Of a stretch of DNA of 64,000 nt, positions 57,844 through 64,000 are shown piece after piece; the first letter of the stretch is position 1, and each line of letters starts with the position of its first letter. A program made the position numbers and the translations under genes. The notes beneath the pieces were generated by a model. The model was not told the DNA's origin and made no database searches. It saw only the letters and a list, made by a program, of their open reading frames with translations. This DNA comes from Methanobacteriota archaeon (GTDB taxonomy: Archaea; Thermoplasmatota; Poseidoniia; Poseidoniales; Poseidoniaceae): the NCBI GenBank assembly GCA_018662825.1, contig JABJFI010000095.1, forward strand, positions 1,204 to 65,203, written 5' to 3'.

Positions 57844-59010
57844 ATGACTAATAATGAGGTGCTTTTGGAAATAACAGAGAAGCATCTTAATACCGGACTT
57901 CGTGGTGTTCCCGTCGGTACATGTCGCACTTCTTTCGTCACACCTTCTGAAGGCGTTCATTACTGTGGATATCCAATTGCTGAATTGGCTAAATTTGAAC
58001 CAGAAGATATTGTGTATCTATTGTTTAACAAGGAATTGCCGAATGCTGAACAATCTGCAGCCATACGTCAAGACCTTGCAGCACGTGCTGCCCTCCCGGG
58101 AGATGTGGAATCAGTACTCAAAACTCTACCAAAATTTGGCCACCCAATGGACTGGTTGAGTGTTGGCATTCATACACTCGGAATGATTGACACGACCAAT
58201 GATTGGATGGAGGATGCACTCAACCTTATTGCCCGTATGCCGCGATTAATGGGGCTTATTTTCAGAATCAGAGATGGCCGAGAACAAAACATTCCAGCTG
58301 ATGACCCAACTCTTTCAATGGTCGACCGTTTTGTTAACACACTCGATTTACACGATTCTGACAATGCAATAATGAGGCAAATCATCTCAACTTATCTTGT
58401 GCTCCACATGGACCACGGAGGCGGAAACCTGTCGACCTTTGCGGGCAAGGCAATTGCATCGAGCAAGGCAACTGTTTATTCGGCTATGGCCGGGGCAATG
58501 AATGCATTATCAGGACCATTGCATGGTCGAGCAAATCAATCCTGCTTGGAATTTGTTCTGAAAGTTGGAACTAGTGACCCTGTTGAAGTCGAGGCTTTTG
58601 TTCGAGCAGAATTGGCAGCTAACCGCCCGATATTTGGGTTTGGCCATGCAGTTCTTCGTTCCGAAGACCCACGCGCTACTGTTCAATTCGACTTGGGTTC
58701 AAAACTCTGCCCCGATGATGAAAATTTCAAGATAATTACTACTCTTCGTGAAGTTGCACCTCGAGTTCTCGCTGAGAATCCAAAAATTAGTAATCCTAAT
58801 GCCAATGTGGACATTTCCAGTGGTGCTTTACTCCACCACGCAGGACTTACTGACCCGACATATTATACTACATTCTTCGGATGGGCACGAGTTGCTGGAA
58901 TTGGTGCTCAAATTGTCGATGAGCGTACTGTATTCCGTGATGGAAAGGGAATTCCGATTTACCGTCCAAAATATATTGCTGAAGCCCAAACATTGCGCCA
59001 TATTGAGTGA
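57844..59010 (+). CDS. gltA: Citrate synthase family enzyme (citrate or 2-methylcitrate synthase)
   Basis: GLRGVPVG, YCGYPIAEL, HMDHGGGNLSTF, SGPLHGRAN, FGFGHAVLRSEDPR, NVDISSG. ATG at 57844 preceded by GAGGGGGAT. Confidence 0.85.
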   Translation: MTNNEVLLEITEKHLNTGLRGVPVGTCRTSFVTPSEGVHYCGYPIAELAKFEPEDIVYLLFNKELPNAEQSAAIRQDLAARAALPGDVESVLKTLPKFGHPMDWLSVGIHTLGMIDTTNDWMEDALNLIARMPRLMGLIFRIRDGREQNIPADDPTLSMVDRFVNTLDLHDSDNAIMRQIISTYLVLHMDHGGGNLSTFAGKAIASSKATVYSAMAGAMNALSGPLHGRANQSCLEFVLKVGTSDPVEVEAFVRAELAANRPIFGFGHAVLRSEDPRATVQFDLGSKLCPDDENFKIITTLREVAPRVLAENPKISNPNANVDISSGALLHHAGLTDPTYYTTFFGWARVAGIGAQIVDERTVFRDGKGIPIYRPKYIAEAQTLRHIE

Positions 59011-59012
59011 AA

Positions 59013-60173
59013 TCACTTGAGTACTGGCCGTGAGGTTTTGCCAGAACCACGGTGGCCGATGAGGCGTATTGATTCCCAAGGAGGCGATGCTTCTTGGGAA
59101 CGTTCAAGAATCGCTGAAGTTGATTCATCCCACAGCCATTTCTTGCGCCACATATCGACCAGTTCACCTCGTCGTTGCGCATCGCATTCAGACCATGGCA
59201 TTGTTTCTGTCTGAAGTTCACGCAGAACCTCTTTGTGATTTTCTTGAGTTGCGCGTTCCAATGAGAGTTGCTGATTTGCATCTAATGGTCGCGTAGCCGG
59301 CAGTGTCCAACGTGCATGTCCTGAAGGAAGCCAAGTGATGCTTGGGTCAGAACAATCGGTTAGCCCAGTAAGTCCTGCAGACAGTACATCATGCTCTATT
59401 TTCAAAGCAGTTGGCCACACATAAATTGGAAAACCTCGTTGATGTTTGCGAAAGCGTGTAGCTTTGGAACCATGTAATCCTCCCGTGAAACCGATAGGAA
59501 TGATGTTTTTTGGAGGGATGAAATATTCCACTGCACACGGTGACATAGAAGCACCTGACTGACGATGGGTGCCAATTAGTCGGGCAATAGAGGTCGTCAA
59601 AAATTGGATTCCACCACGCATTCTTTTGGTGTAATGTGTTCCAAATGGTGGAACATAAGGTGTCAATTCGGCCCAAGGACGCTTTATCCCTGCTAATTTA
59701 ATAGAGGATTTCATCCCCCTATGAAAGGCATAATACACAGTATTATTAGAAGGGATTTCAAATTCCTTGAGAAGATTTTCGGCTTTTTCCATCATTGTGG
59801 CCACATGAGAAATGTGCTGTTTTTTTCCGAATATGCCACCGCCATACAATGCGCGAGGATGCGGGCGTTTGAATTCAATACAGGCCATTTTCCCTTTTTC
59901 TCTCCACTCGGTCATGATTTGTTGGTCCTCAAATATTGAGCGAAGTGAAACAAAACCCAGCGATGTTAATTCATCAAGAGTATGGTTTTCAGTCCATGCA
60001 TAAGAGTGTGGCCTTTTCTGTTTTGGAACAGATAATTTAGTATCATGGTGAAGAATTATTTCTCCATCCTGAGTGAGACGTACATCAAATTCAACACCGT
60101 CATTCTGTTGGATTGCATGCCGCAAGCTTTCGAGAGTATTCTCCGGCGCCTGTTGCCACATATGTGTCACCAA
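59013..60173 (-). CDS. Glycerophosphodiester phosphodiesterase (GDPD) family protein lacking the N-terminal HRG strand, with about 110-aa C-terminal extension ending in an HRG-strand-like segment
   Basis: APENTLESLRHAIQQNDGVEFDVRLTQDGEIILHHD parallels E. coli UgpQ APENTLAAI...IEFDAKLSKDGEIFLLHDD. IEFKRP and GLTGLTDCSDP mark the barrel end. In-frame TAG 4 codons upstream of the start. C-terminus WESIRLIGHRGSGKT. Confidence 0.65.
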   Translation of the reverse strand: MVTHMWQQAPENTLESLRHAIQQNDGVEFDVRLTQDGEIILHHDTKLSVPKQKRPHSYAWTENHTLDELTSLGFVSLRSIFEDQQIMTEWREKGKMACIEFKRPHPRALYGGGIFGKKQHISHVATMMEKAENLLKEFEIPSNNTVYYAFHRGMKSSIKLAGIKRPWAELTPYVPPFGTHYTKRMRGGIQFLTTSIARLIGTHRQSGASMSPCAVEYFIPPKNIIPIGFTGGLHGSKATRFRKHQRGFPIYVWPTALKIEHDVLSAGLTGLTDCSDPSITWLPSGHARWTLPATRPLDANQQLSLERATQENHKEVLRELQTETMPWSECDAQRRGELVDMWRKKWLWDESTSAILERSQEASPPWESIRLIGHRGSGKTSRPVLK

Positions 60174-60271
60174 TGAACCCTATACAGAACTCCCTTCTAA
60201 GGACTGTCATGCGTATTGGCTGAGTATGAAAGAAATGGACTTCCTGTTGCTTTAGAATCATACCTCCTTAT

Positions 60272-61732
60272 ATGAACTATCTCTGCCCCACAATTATGGA
60301 CTCCTATCAGGTAATAATGATGGGACTCATTATATTCCTCACGCCGATAATTTGCTGGCTTTTTACTATCCAAGATGTGAATGCCCGTACTCCATTCAAT
60401 AAATGGTTGCAGGTGATTAATGAACAGCGATATTTCCTGCATGTGATGGGCTACCTCGTGATTATCAAATGGAAAAGTATCACTGATGCCATCAATGAAC
60501 CCATTAAACTCAAAACTGGTCATTGGACTGAAATGATATATTCTTTCGAAGGCGATTTTACTTTGCATGTCCAGAATTTCTTTCTCAATGACATACTCAC
60601 ATCATTTCTAAACTTTCATTATCTCTTCATTTACCTATTTTTGATTTATGTGACTACTGTCTATTTCGCCTATACCGGTGACCGAGACATGACCGATAAA
60701 GTCACATTGAATTATTTGTTAATTTACGCCCTTGCAGTTCCATATTATTTGTTCTTCAATGTAGAGGTCACTTCATCATGGATTCCGGGGATGGAATCTC
60801 TTCTTTACCATGATGGCTTGTATAGTGTGTTTTATGCAACTCATGATCCACTGGATAATGCCGTTCCTTCACTTCACATTGCGATACCTTTTGGTATTCT
60901 TCTCTTGAATTATTTACATGTTAAAGAAAAGGGTGGTACTCTCAAAGAATGGCGCCACTATCGATACCATATGTTCGTCCTCATCAATACAATTCTGTTC
61001 ATGTTTACCATCTTATATCTAGGAATACATTGGTTTATCGATATTCCATTAGGTCTGCTTATCGGTGGTTTTGGTGCCCTATTTATTCATCATCTCCAAC
61101 CTCGATTACGAAATGACCATGGGAGTTTTTTCAAAGGATTTACTTCCAAAAAAATACGACAGCACTTGGTTGTTGAAGGGGTAATAACCTTACTCATGCT
61201 GACAGCAATACTCATGGCCGTTCAGGTTCAAACAGATACAATTGATGAACGCGTCTCTTTTCAACTGGGGCCGAATGATTCTCGTTTAGAAATTATTCAA
61301 ATGGTGGGACCCGGAGAACAAGTTAACTCCAATGTGACAAACCTCGATGATTCATTGACAATGGAGGTGGTAGTCATGATAGTTGACCTTGCCCCAACCG
61401 CGATGGAAAATGGTTCAATTGATTGGGGTGTCGCCCGTTCGCTTGGCGATGCATACATCGTTGAATCAGGTTCAACTCTCCAATTAGCAATCGATTCATC
61501 GATGTCCTACCACTACATCATGATGCATAATCCAAGTAATTCGACTTCAGGAGATGTAATTCAGGTACGGATTTTGAATGATTACCATGAAGATATGATG
61601 GGGCAAGCGATTTTTCTTTCATTAGCATCTCTCTGGATGACTGGTTTTGTTATCAATCGTATTCGCCGTTTGAAGAAATATAATCGTAGGTTCTTCGATT
61701 CTACACCTTCTCATCTTTGGGAACAAGAATGA
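60272..61732 (+). CDS. PAP2-superfamily (PAP2_3/AUR1-like) polytopic membrane protein with C-terminal extracytoplasmic domain and terminal TM
   Basis: DNAVPSLHIAIPFGILLL and GIHWFIDIPLGLLIGG resemble PAP2 motifs C2 (PSGH) and C3 (H...D). Multi-TM N-terminal half. Confidence 0.5.
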   Translation: MNYLCPTIMDSYQVIMMGLIIFLTPIICWLFTIQDVNARTPFNKWLQVINEQRYFLHVMGYLVIIKWKSITDAINEPIKLKTGHWTEMIYSFEGDFTLHVQNFFLNDILTSFLNFHYLFIYLFLIYVTTVYFAYTGDRDMTDKVTLNYLLIYALAVPYYLFFNVEVTSSWIPGMESLLYHDGLYSVFYATHDPLDNAVPSLHIAIPFGILLLNYLHVKEKGGTLKEWRHYRYHMFVLINTILFMFTILYLGIHWFIDIPLGLLIGGFGALFIHHLQPRLRNDHGSFFKGFTSKKIRQHLVVEGVITLLMLTAILMAVQVQTDTIDERVSFQLGPNDSRLEIIQMVGPGEQVNSNVTNLDDSLTMEVVVMIVDLAPTAMENGSIDWGVARSLGDAYIVESGSTLQLAIDSSMSYHYIMMHNPSNSTSGDVIQVRILNDYHEDMMGQAIFLSLASLWMTGFVINRIRRLKKYNRRFFDSTPSHLWEQE

Positions 61733-61780
61733 CATGTTCCATGAGTGTGTGTTATGAGGGTCAGCCTCGTGCATCCATCA

Positions 61781-62590
61781 ATGGCAGAAGTTGATAGATT
61801 GGTCAATGCAGTTGACGAACTGCTTGATTCACCTGGTGGGGTCATCCTCGCTTCCTTCCGCTCATATCTCCGTAAAAGAGTCAAGATGTTGGCCGTTGTT
61901 TTTACGCTCGGATTTATGGTCACCTTTCCACTGACAAAAAACTTCATTGCATGGCTTATCGACCCGACACGATTACCTGACAATGTAGAAATCATTGTCA
62001 TCACTCCAGTCGAATTTATCTTACTTCAAGTTGGACTGGCCGCACACATTGGCCTCCTCTGCATGGTTTTCGTCTTCTTATCAGAAGGAAGTTGGCACGC
62101 AAGCAAAAATTTAGCATTCAGGCAACGTCTTGCGGAACTAAATGTTCAAACTCCTCGTCCTAATCGAACCGTAATTATCACTGCCATATTTGCAATACTT
62201 CTCTCATGTAGTGGCATATATTATGCTTGGAATTGGCTCATACCAATGCTTCTCGAATATTTGACAACAGATGCACAAACTGCAGGTTTGTCAACTGAAT
62301 GGAGGCTTTCTAGTTATACTGGATTCATTGCAAATTTGGCGATTGCGTCAGCCATTGGATTTCAAGCTCCATTGGCCACTTTACTTATTTTGAGAATGGA
62401 GATTGTTCGAAGAGCGACTATTCGCTCGTATCGTAGACACATTTGGTTTGGTGCATTTTTATTGGGAGCATTTCTTTCTCCACCAGACCCTCTCTCTCTT
62501 TTCTTAGTAGCAATGCCAGTTATACTATTGTTCGAGGCAGCACTCTTGTTTGATGCTTTGTCTCGTAAAGAGGATAATGCTAATTCTTGA
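61781..62590 (+). CDS. tatC: Sec-independent (twin-arginine) translocase subunit TatC
   Basis: LRKRVKMLAVVFTLGFMVTFP, ITPVEFILLQV, FIANLAIASAIGFQAPLATLLILRMEIV, RHIWFGAFLLGAFLSPPDPLS: colinear with TatC. ATG at 61781 preferred. Confidence 0.75.
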   Translation: MAEVDRLVNAVDELLDSPGGVILASFRSYLRKRVKMLAVVFTLGFMVTFPLTKNFIAWLIDPTRLPDNVEIIVITPVEFILLQVGLAAHIGLLCMVFVFLSEGSWHASKNLAFRQRLAELNVQTPRPNRTVIITAIFAILLSCSGIYYAWNWLIPMLLEYLTTDAQTAGLSTEWRLSSYTGFIANLAIASAIGFQAPLATLLILRMEIVRRATIRSYRRHIWFGAFLLGAFLSPPDPLSLFLVAMPVILLFEAALLFDALSRKEDNANS

Positions 62591-63506
62591 ACTGTATTGG
62601 AAGCGTTGCGGCAGGAACTGCCATCCTACCAGGTGTTTGATTGTACATTTTTCCGTGGAAATCTGAACCACAAGTAACTGAAAGCCCCGCATCTCTAGCA
62701 GCAGACCACAACTCAAACCTGTATTTATCGCTATGACTTCGGTGAAAGCATTCGATTGCATCGACACCGGATTCAAGGCAATAAGCAATCAAAGATTCTG
62801 AATCTACACAGTAGTAAAGTGGGTGTGCAATAGAAGTTATTCCACCGGCTGCATGAACTGCCTTGCATGCATCAACAATACTGGGTTTAGGTCGAGTGAT
62901 ATGGGCTGGTTTTCCATCTCCGATCCACTTTTCAAATGCCTCATGACGTGTTTCAACATAACCTAATTGCATCATTTCATCAGCCAAATGTGGCCGGCCG
63001 ACAGAATCTCCTGCTCGAGCAAGAACTGCATTTAGGTCTACTGGCATTCCTAGTTCAGATAATTTCTCAACCATAGTTCTCATTCTAGGGATGCGTCCTT
63101 CTCCAAGGGGGGCAAGCCATGTCTTGAATTGCTTATGTTGCTGACTCTGAAATTCAATATTTGGAAAATAGGCCAAGAGGTGCCACGAATCCGATGCACG
63201 TTCAAGGCCTTGGTGTTCAAGCACCTTTGCATTTGCAGGAAGTCCCGGGGCACAGGTCAATTCCACTCCAGGAATGAAAACAAGACCTTGATTATCCGCG
63301 GCTTGACGGGCCGATTCCCAACCCAAAATCGTATCGTGGTCGGTTAAAGACCAATAACGAACTTTTGAATCTGACATCATCTGAGCAACTTCACTAACGG
63401 AGTGCTGTCCATCACTGTTGGTGGAATGGCTATGAAGGTCAAACATCTCAGTCCACATGTTTTGAGCCAAGTGTTCAACCCCTATTGAACTATTGAGTAT
63501 ATTCAA
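62580..63506 (-). CDS. PHP-domain metal-dependent phosphoesterase (TrpH/YciV-like)
   Basis: FDLHSHSTNSDGQHS N-terminal His motif, GVELTC, IAHP, ECFHRSH, GSDFHG, the PHP His/Asp ladder. Confidence 0.8.
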   Translation of the reverse strand: MNILNSSIGVEHLAQNMWTEMFDLHSHSTNSDGQHSVSEVAQMMSDSKVRYWSLTDHDTILGWESARQAADNQGLVFIPGVELTCAPGLPANAKVLEHQGLERASDSWHLLAYFPNIEFQSQQHKQFKTWLAPLGEGRIPRMRTMVEKLSELGMPVDLNAVLARAGDSVGRPHLADEMMQLGYVETRHEAFEKWIGDGKPAHITRPKPSIVDACKAVHAAGGITSIAHPLYYCVDSESLIAYCLESGVDAIECFHRSHSDKYRFELWSAARDAGLSVTCGSDFHGKMYNQTPGRMAVPAATLPIQFKN

Positions 63507-64000
63507 AACAAGTCATCAAGATTTGGGAGGTCCGGTAGAGAAGTGCCTGATTTGATTTCCTGCGACTGCTCAGCAAACAAGTCATCTAAATTGGGCATCT
63601 CGGGAATATTTTCCTCTGTAATAGCCTCAACTTTGGGCTTTGTTTCAACAATACCCGGCAAGGGGATATTAGCAACTCCGGATGATTGAAATTCATGCTT
63701 GGGATCAAACCATGGCAAATCAGGAGTTGCTCGAGCAGTCTTTTCGCCCGGCAATGGAATATTCTCTATTTTGATTCTGGCAAATCCTTCTTTGGTTGTA
63801 TTTGAAGTTTTGAAGACTTCACGGAATTGTTCCGTTTGTGCATGTGGGGCTGGATTGTTACGAACCGCTTCAGCCCCAACATCTCCGTCTTTACCAAAGG
63901 ATAATGCCGCCATAGCAGAACTGACATCTTCTAGATTGGACTCCTCCTTTTGACCCAAGATGGAGTTAATAATTGCCTCTGAATTAGATTCGGGGCTCTT
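63503..64000 (-). CDS. Hypothetical protein, 5' end outside the window, with repeated short linear motifs (NIPLPG x2, PNLDDLF x2)
   Basis: The frame stays open upstream of the track TTG start to base 64000 (hand-checked: KSPESNSEAIINSI...). C-terminus ...IPEMPNLDDLFAEQSQEIKSGTSLPDLPNLDDLF. 4-nt overlap with the PHP gene start. Confidence 0.5.
   Translation of the reverse strand, partial: KSPESNSEAIINSILGQKEESNLEDVSSAMAALSFGKDGDVGAEAVRNNPAPHAQTEQFREVFKTSNTTKEGFARIKIENIPLPGEKTARATPDLPWFDPKHEFQSSGVANIPLPGIVETKPKVEAITEENIPEMPNLDDLFAEQSQEIKSGTSLPDLPNLDDLF

Noticed and set aside
59016-59060. GHRGSGKT at the C-terminus of the GDPD protein fits the Walker A consensus GxxxxGK[ST]
   Set aside because: Only 7 residues follow before the stop, so no P-loop NTPase fold can exist. 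The 14-residue match to the UgpQ N-terminal strand (W...R[IL][VI].HRG.GK) is a better explanation (see the finding). Chance or a remnant of a lost gene cannot be fully excluded.
60197-60568. 123-aa minus-strand ORF preceded by a strong AAGGAGGT, antisense to the 5' end of the PAP2-like gene
   Set aside because: The SD-like word is in frame inside this ORF (IRRYD...), not upstream of a start. The plus-strand polytopic membrane protein explains the region. A 45-aa alternative ORF starting at the adjacent ATG is out of frame with the GDPD gene and has no motif.
1-64000. Searched for CRISPR arrays, cas genes, restriction-modification, toxin-antitoxin pairs, integrases, transposases and prophage genes
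   Set aside because: None recognised. The only repeats seen are the in-frame acidic repeat (1462-1620) and the short words flanking 4900-7320. By-eye scanning could miss divergent or very small elements.

Overview
Densely coded archaeal chromosomal segment: about 62 protein genes plus two tRNAs (His-GTG, Val-CAC). I saw no rRNA, CRISPR array, transposase, integrase or recognisable defence gene. Archaeal identity rests on Cbf5, aEF-1beta with its Zn-ribbon partner, Rpo11/RpoL, archaeosine tRNA-guanine transglycosylase, a DRG-type GTPase, CTP-type riboflavin kinase, archaeal cmk and NMNAT, and a DUF106 YidC-like insertase. These are interleaved with bacterial-looking modules: sufCBDSE plus a SufT-like gene, grpE, ribA, tusA, an MMPL exporter and a DbpA-like DEAD helicase. 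There are also giant CARDB/Kelch surface proteins. I associate this mix with planktonic Thermoplasmatota (Marine Group II-like), but that is inference only. Most of the window is ordinary housekeeping. Main leads: (1) a translationally coupled three-gene operon at 53243-57737, comprising a DUF835-like protein, a DnaA/Hda-like AAA+ protein with a lysine-less Walker A, and a CxxCxxCC YkgJ-family protein; (2) a glycerophosphodiesterase that looks circularly permuted, with its HRG strand at the extreme C-terminus; (3) an archaeosortase-family gene near secreted proteins that share a C-terminal anchor motif; (4) a surface-protein gene bracketed exactly by a 9-bp direct repeat and flanking words, next to tRNA-His; (5) an oversized ArcTGT that appears to have lost the family's CxCxxC...H zinc site; (6) a double ABC-2 exporter operon coupled to a CrtC/AttH-like gene. 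All family assignments come from reading motifs by eye. No database search was run. Start codons were adjusted from the ORF track where an in-frame ATG, SD or signal peptide argued for it.
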